This document shows, one piece after another, positions 1 to 10,066 of a DNA stretch of 64,000 nt. The notes under the pieces were generated by a model. That model searched no databases. It saw nothing but the letters and a program-made list of their open reading frames with translations, and had not been told where the DNA came from. Numbering within the stretch: position 1 is the first letter of the stretch; each line of letters opens with the position of its first letter. The stretch spans positions 308,017 through 372,016 of IMG/VR virus record IMGVR_UViG_3300042367_000228, one strand, 5' to 3'. The position numbers were made by a program, and so were the translations under genes.

Positions 1-46
1 TGTTTTGCTTCTTTGGTTGATAACCATGCGATTCCGTTAGCTGACA

Positions 47-421
47 TTATTGCCCCCTCATTGCTTTAATCATTACAATATGTTCAGGATGATCGTCTGT
101 TGGTTCAAATTCTGTATCAATTAAATGCGGATACGCACTTGGATCTTTAACTCTTATATCAGCAGGATGTTTTGGACCATTCATTCCGCCACCTGCATGT
201 ATTGTAACTGAATCTACACCTGCATACGCCGGATTAGGTTCATTAATAAATCTGTGTCGTTCTGGACTATCTGCCAAATCAACAATTTGCCTAAATCTGT
301 TAATGTCATCACCTGCTGTTACTTTGTGATCAGGTTTAAGTATAAACTCTGGCTCAATAGGTTGTTGTTCTCCCCCGTCTAAAACGTTTAATATGTTTCT
401 AATAATATCTTGAACTCTCAT
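47..421 (-). CDS. hypothetical phage protein, late-promoter class
   Basis: 124-aa ORF; TAAATA and AGAGG RBS upstream. Confidence 0.7.
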   Translation of the reverse strand: MRVQDIIRNILNVLDGGEQQPIEPEFILKPDHKVTAGDDINRFRQIVDLADSPERHRFINEPNPAYAGVDSVTIHAGGGMNGPKHPADIRVKDPSAYPHLIDTEFEPTDDHPEHIVMIKAMRGQ

Positions 422-650
422 TTTTGTGTCCTCTTAGTATATTTAGCGTAAGAATAAACAATACAGAATGAATTTATAAATATCATGTCGCAGTAAAGTC
501 TACGATTTAGGATGATAAGATATTACATGGATGGTAGACATAGTCAATGCCAATGTAGGTAGGTGTAATGAGACAATAATAGGAGCTTACGCTCCTATTT
601 TATTTTAAGTCAATTTTTAATTAAATACATATAAAACTAAGGAGCATAAT

Positions 651-794
651 ATGGACTTAATTAAAAGTATTATCCACAATGTATTAGTACACCCTATTCT
701 ACCATTCTTACCACGCAGATTAGCAAGAACAATACATGAAAAGAATGCGCTATGGGCGTATGGAAAAGATGGCCCGTTTAACGGCTTAGACTAG
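651..794 (+). CDS. small hypothetical protein, paralog of 41904-42062
   Basis: 47 aa MDLIKSIIHNVLVHPILPFLP; AAGGAG RBS; shared HN.lVHP..F.P...A..lH..NA.W. Confidence 0.65.
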   Translation: MDLIKSIIHNVLVHPILPFLPRRLARTIHEKNALWAYGKDGPFNGLD

Positions 795-803
795 GAGAGT
801 ATT

Positions 804-1541
804 ATGATATCAGATTTGACGTTTGAGCAAAAATCATTAACAATGGCAACATTAAGCAGTCTTGCATATAATGACGATCAAGAATTTAAAGAATTAGGAT
901 ATGACAGTAAATTTATAAGCCATGGTGGGTCAGACTTGTATGTATTATGGGACAACGATGATTTAATAGTAGTGTGTCGTGGAACACAACCAACTCACTT
1001 TAATGATGTTGCACATGACATAGAATTTGCACTAGTACCAAGTAGATCAGGATACGGGTTAGTGCATCATGGATTTAGAACAAGTGTAGATCTTATTTGG
1101 GTTGACTTATTAAAGATGTTACAAAAATACGGTGCTAATCGTAAAGTATGGTGTACAGGTCATAGTTTAGGTGCAGCAATGGCAACCCTTATAACTGCAA
1201 GATGTGCGCGTACAGAAAAATTAACTACGCCGTTTTTATATACATACGGTAGTCCGCGTGTTGGTGATATGACATTTATTAAACACATGAATAGCTTAAA
1301 CATTGAACATCATAGATGGGTAAACAATGCAGATGCAGTTACACGGAATCCAATATTTCCATATAAGCATCATGGTCAGCTACACTACTTTGATCATCAT
1401 GGTAATGTAAGAGTTTTTACAAGATGGCAGACAATCAAAGATAGAGTAAAAGGTTTTTATATTGGACTTAAAAAAGGTAAGATTAATTTCTTTGTTAATC
1501 ACGATATTGGAAATTACATTAAAAATTTAGGAAGGTTATAA
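804..1541 (+). CDS. class 3 lipase (alpha/beta hydrolase)
   Basis: VVCRGT, VHHGF, TGHSLG nucleophile elbow, YGSPRVGD, NNADAV. Confidence 0.9.
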   Translation: MISDLTFEQKSLTMATLSSLAYNDDQEFKELGYDSKFISHGGSDLYVLWDNDDLIVVCRGTQPTHFNDVAHDIEFALVPSRSGYGLVHHGFRTSVDLIWVDLLKMLQKYGANRKVWCTGHSLGAAMATLITARCARTEKLTTPFLYTYGSPRVGDMTFIKHMNSLNIEHHRWVNNADAVTRNPIFPYKHHGQLHYFDHHGNVRVFTRWQTIKDRVKGFYIGLKKGKINFFVNHDIGNYIKNLGRL

Positions 1542-2291
1542 ACCTTTCCATAAGTTACGATTAATAGTTTGTTCAATTGGACTAGTCCCAAGTGCCGGAA
1601 AGAAGTTAATGTTTACTACGTTTTGTAACTGCTCAACAGTTAAAATAAACTTAGGTAACTCTCTAGCAGAAATTCCGTCATTTGGTATTAAGAATGCAAT
1701 TGTTTGATTATTAGTTGCATCATAAATTGCCTTCCATAAGTAATCAGGAATAGCTACACCTTTACCAATTGTTTTAATTTGTTTACTAGGTTGATAATAA
1801 GTTCCAGAAGTTACATAAATGTCACGCCCTTCCCCTGCCCAGTTACGAACAGTTGATTCTAACTTATTCCAAATACCTCTGTTGTTGGCAGGTACTTGTG
1901 GAACCATATTAGTAAGTGCAAAACTTTCACTCATAATTTCTTTAGTTTGAGTACTGTCACCTGCAGGAACTAGGTGTCCTCTGTCATATGGATGACCTGC
2001 ATAGTCGTGTAGTGTTGCTCTAAATTGTTCCGGTACATCTAAGTCTGGATGAAAGTCGTCTTGACGATGAACTACTCCACTCATATCTTCAGGTGATACA
2101 TGTTCAACTACATACTCTGCAGTTTTAGTATCGTAACGATAATGAATAGCATAATTTTGTTTACACAAGTATTGTGAAGCAGTAAGTTGCGACACTGGAG
2201 CACCGTGTATAGAAAACTGTGGACATTTGTCATCAATGGGATTTGCTGCTACCGTTAAAGGTAACAGGAGTAATAATAAAAGTTTTTTCAT
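1536..2291 (-). CDS. secreted DNA/RNA non-specific endonuclease (NucA/EndoG family)
   Basis: signal peptide; DRGHLVP, NMVPQ..NNRG.W motifs. Confidence 0.9.
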   Translation of the reverse strand: MKKLLLLLLLPLTVAANPIDDKCPQFSIHGAPVSQLTASQYLCKQNYAIHYRYDTKTAEYVVEHVSPEDMSGVVHRQDDFHPDLDVPEQFRATLHDYAGHPYDRGHLVPAGDSTQTKEIMSESFALTNMVPQVPANNRGIWNKLESTVRNWAGEGRDIYVTSGTYYQPSKQIKTIGKGVAIPDYLWKAIYDATNNQTIAFLIPNDGISARELPKFILTVEQLQNVVNINFFPALGTSPIEQTINRNLWKGL

Positions 2292-2704
2292 TTAAACCAG
2301 CCTATTCGTTTGTTGTTAGTAATACGGAAGTTGTAGTCTTCTACACTTCCGGGGAATCTCCATGCCCATATTGCAACTAGTATCATAAATCCACCAGAAC
2401 CAATTATAGCATGTAAATTATGTGTTGTGAACCAAATTATAAGTAATGAACTAGACATTACAAGTAACATCATGTATTTCATTTTAGTTGGAAAAACTTG
2501 TTTGTTTACCCAATTAGTTAAAAATGGTCCAAAATGTTTGTGATCATAAATCCATTTATGCATAGTAGGACTGCCTTTGCTAAATGCATAAGCAGCTCCT
2601 ACTAAGAACGGACTAAAAGGAATACCTGGAGTAACAACTCCAATGTATGCTAGTCCTAATAATATAAAACCTAGTATTTTCCAAAGGCCTGCTTTTAATT
2701 TCAT
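2288..2704 (-). CDS. YbaN/DUF454 family membrane protein
   Basis: LGLAYIGVVTPGIPFSPF...A..F.KGSP..H.W....FGP.L.NW. Confidence 0.85.
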   Translation of the reverse strand: MKLKAGLWKILGFILLGLAYIGVVTPGIPFSPFLVGAAYAFSKGSPTMHKWIYDHKHFGPFLTNWVNKQVFPTKMKYMMLLVMSSSLLIIWFTTHNLHAIIGSGGFMILVAIWAWRFPGSVEDYNFRITNNKRIGWFK

Positions 2705-3252
2705 AGCATAAAGTTTTGTGCAAATTCTAAACTACATCTTTCTAATGCAATATCCCAGGTGTCGTCGAGATCAGCATCGAAAATTAGTTCAGGGTCGCAC
2801 GTAGATGTACACCAGTTGATATAACTATTACCAGTAATGTCACCAGTTATTTGTTTTGTAAGTTTTTCAACAGGCCAAACACACATGCCTAAAAACATTC
2901 TCCATTGATTCGGTTCGTCACCTTCTTGGAATCTTTTAAGTACATCGTCATTTGACGTAATAGAAAAGTGTTTTGATATTCTATATGTATTTTTACACTT
3001 CCATTCTGGCGAATGTAAAATTGTAAAACTTGTCTGTCTTTCAGGTCCACCGATGTGTAACATTCCTGAAACATGATCTAAGTCATAACCAAGTCTATCA
3101 CCGAACTCAGAAAGTGACATTCGACTAATTTTATTTGTAATTAGTCCTATTGCGTTGTCCCCTTCGATATCTGTAATTAATATGGTCGAACTACCCCATA
3201 AATTATGTTGTACTGACGGTGGAGCTATTAATAATGTTCCTTGTTTTATCAT
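2701..3252 (-). CDS. YqgE/AlgH (DUF179) family protein
   Basis: LLIAPP, GLITNK, GGP, RMFLG..VW...L, W..AL. Confidence 0.8.
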   Translation of the reverse strand: MIKQGTLLIAPPSVQHNLWGSSTILITDIEGDNAIGLITNKISRMSLSEFGDRLGYDLDHVSGMLHIGGPERQTSFTILHSPEWKCKNTYRISKHFSITSNDDVLKRFQEGDEPNQWRMFLGMCVWPVEKLTKQITGDITGNSYINWCTSTCDPELIFDADLDDTWDIALERCSLEFAQNFML

Positions 3253-3333
3253 TGTTTATTATGTGTTATAATGTTTAAAATAATTGATTACATCACCGTT
3301 AGTGTAATAATCTTGTCATTTGTACCGATTAAG

Positions 3334-4185
3334 TTAGACCGTAGTTACTGTTCCAACTTTAAAACCTTCCAACTTAGCTTGTTTCTTAAGCATGTTCTTT
3401 AATTGCTCATCAGACAAGTCAGATACTTTAGTGTGTATCGAAGCGCCAGCGGCATTGGCCATGTCAATAGTATACTGACTAGTTCCTGTCTTTTTACCCA
3501 CTCCAGTTGCCCACGTTCTACACGCTTGGTTGATAGTTAAATTGTTGTATTTAGGTCGTCTCCACTGCACCATTTGCAATTTCAATCCGTCCTCTAATGT
3601 AGGCATGATAGCAACCGGTTCACCATCAGCTGCACGAATATAACCTAATGCGCCATAACTTTTAGCAATACCGCTGTACGCAATATTACCTGGATTGTTT
3701 GTTCTCCAAGAGATAGACCCGCCGGTGCGTCTTTCGTTGCCAATAATAACTTCTCTGCCTTTTGCAGATGCGGTCGTTGGTGCAGGTCCTGATCTCGACG
3801 GTTCAAGTTCTGCTCCTACATCTACAGACGCTTTAGATTTTACTTCAGGTTTCGATGGAGCTGGCTCGCTCTTAACTATACTTAATGAACTCGGTAATGC
3901 ACCTTTACTCATGTAATCTGACATGCCTGGTACTTGTTTAATCGCACCATTCATTGCGTCAATTGTAGTAGCATCCGGTTTGCCTGTAACAGGCAAACCC
4001 ATTTCTTGTTGGGCTTTTGAAATAGCAGCAGTTGTGAGATCGTCCATTTCACCAGTTGTATTAACATTATAATTAAATGCCGCTAATGCCTTTTGCAAGT
4101 TTGCAATTTCGGATCCACTAGGACTAGCAGGTACTTTTAGTAAAGAGCTAGCTTCTTGTAATGTTTTAAATTCTGAAAATCTCAT
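3334..4185 (-). CDS. peptidoglycan-binding domain + NNPGNI lysozyme-like domain protein
   Basis: G.EI..LQ.AL...G.MD..T..AI...Q...GL..TG..D; SWRTNNPGNI. Confidence 0.7.
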   Translation of the reverse strand: MRFSEFKTLQEASSLLKVPASPSGSEIANLQKALAAFNYNVNTTGEMDDLTTAAISKAQQEMGLPVTGKPDATTIDAMNGAIKQVPGMSDYMSKGALPSSLSIVKSEPAPSKPEVKSKASVDVGAELEPSRSGPAPTTASAKGREVIIGNERRTGGSISWRTNNPGNIAYSGIAKSYGALGYIRAADGEPVAIMPTLEDGLKLQMVQWRRPKYNNLTINQACRTWATGVGKKTGTSQYTIDMANAAGASIHTKVSDLSDEQLKNMLKKQAKLEGFKVGTVTTV

Positions 4186-4196
4186 GTGTTGTCCTA

Positions 4197-4529
4197 TTAT
4201 GAATAGTCAGGTAACGGACCGCCGTATTTAGAACTTTTAATTGATTTACCGTCTAGTTTAACACGTTTTTTACCAATCTTTTGTGTTTTGCCAGTTTTAC
4301 GAGCCATAAATCCTTGTGCTTTACAACTCGATTCGTCACTTGCACCTTTTTTCTTATTACTTAAACATAATTCTTTACTAGCTTTGCCACGTTCGTCTAA
4401 TTGTGCGTCTGCTTTGACTTTGTATCTCGATTCAGTTGCATGCCCGCGTGCAGGACGATCGCTTGTGCGCCCTGGGCGTTTTGAACTAACACCCAATTTT
4501 TCTTCTTTAATAAACTCTTGAGCTCTCAT
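4197..4529 (-). CDS. basic hypothetical protein
   Basis: 110-aa ORF in operon; MRAQEFIKE leader. Confidence 0.7.
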   Translation of the reverse strand: MRAQEFIKEEKLGVSSKRPGRTSDRPARGHATESRYKVKADAQLDERGKASKELCLSNKKKGASDESSCKAQGFMARKTGKTQKIGKKRVKLDGKSIKSSKYGGPLPDYS

Positions 4530-4540
4530 GTTATTTCCTA

Positions 4541-5350
4541 TTATCTGTTAATGTATTCAAATACATTAAGCCATTGACGTTTGCCAATTGTAGATTTTAA
4601 CAATGTTAAATCAGCGCACGTCTTGTAGCGCACATCAATTCCATTTGATTCTACTACTGTTATCACTGCATCTTCTTGATCTGCAACAGCCTCTGCTATA
4701 TCTAAATAGCTGTGTGCTAGACCTGAACCTGCATTCCAAATACCCGAACCATGTATGTTTTTAATAAAATCAATGTGTAATTTACACACATCACCTACCC
4801 ATACCCAATCACGTTTAACTTGATCTGCATTGTTCCAAACTGATATACATCCTGTTTTACGAGCTTCTTCTTGCCACTTGTATATTATGTTAGCTTGATT
4901 ACCTCGCAAGTGCATGTACTTGCCGTAAACATTAAAGTATCTAAATCCTTGTACAGATGCTTTGTGAGCAGGTTGTCTAAATACCCAACGATCAAACAAA
5001 TATTTGCTTATTGCATATGGTGTTAATGGTGTACAATCGGCGGTTTCGCTAAAGTCTTTTCCATCACCATATACAGAACTTGTACTAGCATACTGTAAGT
5101 GTACTTCATTTATTTGGCATTCATTAAACAACCATTGACTAAATTCATAATTTTGAATCATAAACTTGTCAATGTTAGTTTCTGATTTATCAGTTAAAGC
5201 ACCTAAATGTATTACCCATTGATATTTTTTAATATCGGGTAAGTTATTAGGATCATAGTCCCATCCTTCTACATGCCATCCTTCAGCAGATAACCATTCA
5301 ACCATATTACGGCCGATAAAGCCGTTATGGCCAGTTACTAATATATTCAT
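4541..5350 (-). CDS. hldD: NAD-dependent epimerase, ADP-L-glycero-D-manno-heptose 6-epimerase-like
   Basis: TGHNGFIG, YASTSSVYG, YAISK (YxxxK), GFRYFNVYG, RDWVWVGD. Confidence 0.75.
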   Translation of the reverse strand: MNILVTGHNGFIGRNMVEWLSAEGWHVEGWDYDPNNLPDIKKYQWVIHLGALTDKSETNIDKFMIQNYEFSQWLFNECQINEVHLQYASTSSVYGDGKDFSETADCTPLTPYAISKYLFDRWVFRQPAHKASVQGFRYFNVYGKYMHLRGNQANIIYKWQEEARKTGCISVWNNADQVKRDWVWVGDVCKLHIDFIKNIHGSGIWNAGSGLAHSYLDIAEAVADQEDAVITVVESNGIDVRYKTCADLTLLKSTIGKRQWLNVFEYINR

Positions 5351-5358
5351 AGTATTTA

Positions 5359-5559
5359 TTAGTCTTCTTCGTGTATAACTAAAGAATATTCAACACTAGG
5401 GAATGGATAGAGAATGTACTCTTCGGCATCTTCTCTATTCTCAAAAGTTTCCATTTCGCATCGAGTGTCGGTATATTTAAAGACATGGATCAATCCGTCG
5501 TCATCTTGGTTAACCGAAACTGCATGTGTATTAAAAGTTATTGTACAAATTTTAATCAT
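5359..5559 (-). CDS. hypothetical protein, similar to 13376-13582
   Basis: shared FK....RC.ME.F motif. Confidence 0.6.
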   Translation of the reverse strand: MIKICTITFNTHAVSVNQDDDGLIHVFKYTDTRCEMETFENREDAEEYILYPFPSVEYSLVIHEED

Positions 5560-5596
5560 CGAAACACTCCCTTATTGTAATATTTATGTATTACAT

Positions 5597-6091
5597 CTAA
5601 GAGCGCGGTAAAAGGACAGACTCAAGCCATACTTTACAATCTTCCCATGTCTTATACTGGTAACCGACTCCGCCTGCTTCATTCCATTCGGTAATATTGC
5701 TTAATCGATCGTCGATTAATATATCTCCAAAGTTACATCTCTTTACTTTTTCATGGCTGCGAGGACCAATAAACACAGGTATACCCGGAAAGTACTTTTG
5801 ACACCATTCAACTTTATCCATTATTGCATATGGAATATCATTGTTTCTTGGAATAGCTGTTAAAAAGAATAAACCAACATTATGTTTTGCGCAATATACT
5901 CGTAACCAATTGATAAGTTCGTAACTACCATCTCTCACTTTAAGATCGCGATATAATCGTTCGCAACTAGCTAATCGCGTCCACTCTTCAGGAGGTAACC
6001 TTTCTCTATTATCTAAATTTCTTTGAAAGAATTCCTCAGCAAATCCTTTAAAGTCAGCAACGACTTCGTCCATATCTACGTATATATTCAT
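5597..6091 (-). CDS. 5'(3')-deoxyribonucleotidase, HAD family
   Basis: IYVDMDEVVADF, FLTA, K..W, ILIDDR..NI.EW. Confidence 0.85.
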   Translation of the reverse strand: MNIYVDMDEVVADFKGFAEEFFQRNLDNRERLPPEEWTRLASCERLYRDLKVRDGSYELINWLRVYCAKHNVGLFFLTAIPRNNDIPYAIMDKVEWCQKYFPGIPVFIGPRSHEKVKRCNFGDILIDDRLSNITEWNEAGGVGYQYKTWEDCKVWLESVLLPRS

Positions 6092-6435
6092 ACAGCTTCC
6101 TTTACTTGTTGTACTACTACTTCTTTATTTGGAAAACGAGCTTTAACTGCTTCGACTGCTTCGTCTAAACTTTTGCCTTGTCCTGCAAACATTTTAGTTG
6201 ATACATCATACAAAAACCATTGTGTATTAACTTTCTCAAATGATACAATTATAGAATTTGGATCATCGATATCTTCGTCGTCATCTAAATCATCCTGATG
6301 TGCTGCGTGAAATTCTCTAATACCTTCAATTAATTCATTCGGGGAATGTTTCATTGCTTGTCTATACATTGTTATGTTTAACCATAATCCTGCTAAAACA
6401 CCAGTTAAAAATGCTCCAATAATAACACCGATCAT
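6088..6435 (-). CDS. membrane-anchored hypothetical protein
   Basis: N-terminal hydrophobic helix; operon context. Confidence 0.65.
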   Translation of the reverse strand: MIGVIIGAFLTGVLAGLWLNITMYRQAMKHSPNELIEGIREFHAAHQDDLDDDEDIDDPNSIIVSFEKVNTQWFLYDVSTKMFAGQGKSLDEAVEAVKARFPNKEVVVQQVKEAV

Positions 6436-6447
6436 ATATTTCTCCTA

Positions 6448-6789
6448 TTAAACTAAAATTGATTCATCGATATAGATGAACATGTTTGCATACGACTTAT
6501 CTTCTGCTAGCTTAACTATGCAGTAGTGTCCGTCTTTAATTAATCTTTCTTCAATAAACAACAGTGTTTCTTGAAATTCTCCTATCTTCTCATGTCCTAT
6601 TAGTGCAATAGGTGCAGAGTACTGTGAATCAGGTATTACTACTCCAGTATCAGATATTATTAAAATACAGTGTTCGTTTTGACATCGGCGGCTGTCTATT
6701 TCAGCTAATACCTGTTGTAATATCTGCTCTCTCAATGATACAGTAGGTTTACGAAACAGATGTGTTATATGTTTCAAGAATCCAGTCAT
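6448..6789 (-). CDS. hypothetical protein
   Basis: ORF in - strand operon. Confidence 0.55.
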   Translation of the reverse strand: MTGFLKHITHLFRKPTVSLREQILQQVLAEIDSRRCQNEHCILIISDTGVVIPDSQYSAPIALIGHEKIGEFQETLLFIEERLIKDGHYCIVKLAEDKSYANMFIYIDESILV

Positions 6790-6790
6790 G

Positions 6791-7072
6791 TTACTCCTTT
6801 AAGTTATCAAGATGTTGTATGTATTTAAACGTATCTTTCTTATTTCTAGGCTGCCATAGTAACGCTTTTGGACCACATACCGATCTATCAAGGCGTGCTG
6901 TGCTGCATGCTCCTATATAACTCGGCGTAGTTTTACCTAATACAGGATCATATACTTCTTCTATAGTATATTTTGTACATTCGTATCCGTATTTGTTCTT
7001 AGTTAGTTTTGAAAACCAACTGGCTTTTGCATGTATACAATCGCAGCATTTTAGTTTTGATTGTTCTATCAT
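6791..7072 (-). CDS. Cys-rich hypothetical protein
   Basis: CxxCxH...C...C...R...CG pattern. Confidence 0.6.
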   Translation of the reverse strand: MIEQSKLKCCDCIHAKASWFSKLTKNKYGYECTKYTIEEVYDPVLGKTTPSYIGACSTARLDRSVCGPKALLWQPRNKKDTFKYIQHLDNLKE

Positions 7073-7147
7073 AAGTTATCTCATTACGTTAAAGTATGTG
7101 TATATTATACATGTATTGTATTTAAATGTCAAACTGTGTTTTATCAA

Positions 7148-7155
7148 TATAAATA
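7148..7155 (+). promoter_or_regulatory. T4-type late promoter TATAAATA
   Basis: exact TATAAATA ~35 nt upstream of 7189; same at 9073-9080; TAAATA cores precede 421, 651, 5350, 12005, 13376, 13634, 16926 and both HNH leaders. Confidence 0.6.
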
Positions 7156-7188
7156 TAGCATATACTCTGTAAAGAGAAAGGAATACTA

Positions 7189-8508
7189 ATGTTATTAAGA
7201 GAATTGTTTTTATTAAATGAAGGGTACAAAGAAGCCCAATCAGAGTTTTCAAAATATGGAAATCCAGAACGTATAAAAGATATAATTAGCAAGTTTAGAC
7301 AGCTTGTTGATCGCAATCAAGTACAAGGTGAACAACGTAATATTGATGCATGGCGTAAAAAAGGCTGGTTTGAATTTCAAAGATTTGTATTTGATAAATC
7401 ACAAGAACAAAGTAAAACACAGAAAAAGAAATTAGTAAAAAAAGAACAAGATTCAGTAACTGTGTATGATCATAATAACATTACTGGAGTTATGCCATTA
7501 AACAAAAATGCTAGCGTTAACATTGGTAGACATAGTGATTGGTGTACTACTAAAGCAGAACAGCAGCATTGGGAAGAATACACCGGAAAAGGTGTAGTTC
7601 TAATTTATTGTTTCCTTAATTATCAAGGCGACGGTGACGGTGATGATAGGTGGGCAATTGCATTTTACAGAAATCAACCAAATAGTTTTGAATTGTTTAC
7701 TGGCGCTGATGATAAAATGTCCAACGAGCAGTTTTTAGAAGAAACTGGAGTAGCAGCAACTGATATCATTCGTGCTGCGCTTGCTAATCCTAATATTGAT
7801 AATGTTGAATCAGAACCGCCTAAAGAACAAAAACCAACAACATATCTTGATACAATTGCTGATATGTTGACAATTAATCAACATGACTATCGTGGTAAAC
7901 GTAATCCAGAAATTGAATATGCGTTGCTTAATTTCTTTGATAGAAATCATAATGCATATTCTATAAATGATGAATATTCAGGAAGAAGTTTTAAGAGATT
8001 ACTTAGAACGTATACTGCAGATATTAAACCAGCAGATATGAAAGAGATGGATATTCTATTTCAAACAGATTACTTGCAAGTGCATCCTGATTTTATAAAG
8101 CATATTAGTAATCCAACAGATCAACAGATCAAGGCTGCAGTTAGAGGTAACCCAAGACTTATTAAAAAAATACCAAATCCATCGAGAGAGCAAATTGAAA
8201 TGGCAATATGGACATATCCTAAAATATTTTATGATATTAGTGAAAATCCTATTGCACAAGATGTTTATGCTGATATGGTAATATCATCAAAAAATGGAGT
8301 ACAAACTTTATTTAACGCATTAAATCCCCAAACACTTGATCCGAGTGTTGAGATGAAACTTGCAAAAGCATTCCCGTATAACATGCATATGCTAGGGTAC
8401 CTTAGACCAGAAACAATTGAATATATAAAAGCAACTAATCCTAGAGATTTACAATTTGTTAAAGGTCAAAACATAAATGGTGTCTTGCAACCATTTACCC
8501 AAACTTAA
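7189..8508 (+). CDS. large hypothetical protein with WCT motif and C-terminal helical repeats
   Basis: 439 aa; SDWCTT; IKHISNPTDQQ/IKKIPNPSREQ repeats (DUF4116-like). Confidence 0.75.
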   Translation: MLLRELFLLNEGYKEAQSEFSKYGNPERIKDIISKFRQLVDRNQVQGEQRNIDAWRKKGWFEFQRFVFDKSQEQSKTQKKKLVKKEQDSVTVYDHNNITGVMPLNKNASVNIGRHSDWCTTKAEQQHWEEYTGKGVVLIYCFLNYQGDGDGDDRWAIAFYRNQPNSFELFTGADDKMSNEQFLEETGVAATDIIRAALANPNIDNVESEPPKEQKPTTYLDTIADMLTINQHDYRGKRNPEIEYALLNFFDRNHNAYSINDEYSGRSFKRLLRTYTADIKPADMKEMDILFQTDYLQVHPDFIKHISNPTDQQIKAAVRGNPRLIKKIPNPSREQIEMAIWTYPKIFYDISENPIAQDVYADMVISSKNGVQTLFNALNPQTLDPSVEMKLAKAFPYNMHMLGYLRPETIEYIKATNPRDLQFVKGQNINGVLQPFTQT

Positions 8509-8719
8509 GAATTACATACGTAGTCCACTTCCCTTCTTTAAATGAAAATCTAATATAGTCAGTTAGCGGAACATTGAACTCGTCATATTCCGCTACTGCT
8601 ACTAAATCAAAATCAAAATCTACACCAACTTGTAAATTTTTAGATCGCAAATCATCTATAATATCTATAAAGCTAGATAACGGAATTTCTAGATTAGCAA
8701 TGTGTTCAAAATGATTCAT
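8495..8719 (-). CDS. hypothetical protein
   Basis: 74-aa ORF coupled to thioesterase gene. Confidence 0.55.
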   Translation of the reverse strand: MNHFEHIANLEIPLSSFIDIIDDLRSKNLQVGVDFDFDLVAVAEYDEFNVPLTDYIRFSFKEGKWTTYVILKFG

Positions 8720-9065
8720 TTAACTCGCGTTTATTACCGTTCTTATCAATACTAACAAATGTAATGTTAGTACTGAATGCATGTTCTCTTGGATTTGATC
8801 TGTCATCGCAATAAACATCAATTTTAAATGTAACTGATGATTTACCTTTGTGTGTAAGTACTGCATCGAATTCTAAAATAGAACCAGCTGGTACACGTTT
8901 AGTAAACGATACACTGTCTAATCCGCGTGTAACAAACTCGTGTCCCGGAAAGGCATAGTTAGCAGATACATAGCCAACAGAGTCAATCCAATGGAGCATG
9001 GTTCCTCCGAATAAAAATCCGTAATGATTAAGATGACTTGTTAAAACTAATTTGTGATGTTTCAT
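8706..9065 (-). CDS. acyl-CoA thioesterase, hotdog fold (YciA-like)
   Basis: LNHYGFLFGGTMLHWID, V.F...V..G, G.SSV, TFVSID. Confidence 0.85.
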   Translation of the reverse strand: MKHHKLVLTSHLNHYGFLFGGTMLHWIDSVGYVSANYAFPGHEFVTRGLDSVSFTKRVPAGSILEFDAVLTHKGKSSVTFKIDVYCDDRSNPREHAFSTNITFVSIDKNGNKRELNESF

Positions 9066-9098
9066 AAATTCCTATAAATATATTAAATTGGATACAAC

Positions 9099-9821
9099 AT
9101 GAAGATTGAAGAACTATTAAGTGAAATAAAATTTAAACCACGTATAACAAATAAATCTACTAGTGGTGTAATACAGTCACCTAAACTTAAATATATAGCA
9201 AACGGCTGCCAGGCAATCGCTTACTATCATAAAACACATCCTAATACAGTAGTTAAAGTAGCTGCAGTATCAGGTGAAACTGATCCACTATGGCAATTTT
9301 TAAGGATTTGCATTAATCATCCTAACAATCCTTATTTCCCAAAAGTATTTAATCATAAAATCTTTAATTTAAAAACAATTACTCCTGAAGAGGAAGAGTA
9401 TTTAGAAACACTTCCAGAATTTGAATATTTGCCTATATACGATAATATGAAAATGCAAATAGTAATGGTAACTGAACACCTTAAAGAAATCACTCCAGCT
9501 GAGTTTGATTCAGCATTGCATAATATCGGACTAACTCCGTTATTAAATTCAGCTAAAAAAGTGTTACAACCTAAAAGTAGATTTCCGTTATCACCTGAAC
9601 TACTTTGGGGTAAGCTAATGGATAACGAAAACGGTCGTAAGTACCTACGAAAACATTCAAAAGATAAACATTTTAGTGACGCAATACGACTATTAAGTCC
9701 GTTGCTTGCAACAGGTAAAATGTATGCTGATGTCCACTTAGGTAATATAATGTTACGCAATGATGGACATCTAGTGTTTAACGATCCGTTAGCAGTTATA
9801 TCTACTGGTCATAATTCTTAA
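9099..9821 (+). CDS. putative protein kinase-like protein
   Basis: ANGCQA..Y / VVKV; DVHLGNIM...VFNDP resembles the T7 gp0.7-type catalytic loop. Confidence 0.6.
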   Translation: MKIEELLSEIKFKPRITNKSTSGVIQSPKLKYIANGCQAIAYYHKTHPNTVVKVAAVSGETDPLWQFLRICINHPNNPYFPKVFNHKIFNLKTITPEEEEYLETLPEFEYLPIYDNMKMQIVMVTEHLKEITPAEFDSALHNIGLTPLLNSAKKVLQPKSRFPLSPELLWGKLMDNENGRKYLRKHSKDKHFSDAIRLLSPLLATGKMYADVHLGNIMLRNDGHLVFNDPLAVISTGHNS

Positions 9822-10057
9822 GGTACTAGGTAAGTCGAACCGTCTGATGTTTCTTTAGGTAAGCTATCACTCCAGCGTAAGATAAACCAGTCACGTTTCT
9901 TTTCGCTTTTAAAGCTCCAAAGTGTTTCAGTCATGCGTGTTCCACACTTGTTTTCTTTACACCATTCTTCCATTTCGTTACCAAGTTCTTCGCTAACTTG
10001 ATTTTTATCAAAAGTAAGTCCTGGTAATTTGAACATACCTACTTGACAGTGTTTCAT
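9818..10057 (-). CDS. hypothetical protein
   Basis: W.F.SEK.R.WF.LRW C-terminal motif common in small phage ORFs. Confidence 0.6.
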   Translation of the reverse strand: MKHCQVGMFKLPGLTFDKNQVSEELGNEMEEWCKENKCGTRMTETLWSFKSEKKRDWFILRWSDSLPKETSDGSTYLVP

Positions 10058-10066
10058 TATATTCTC

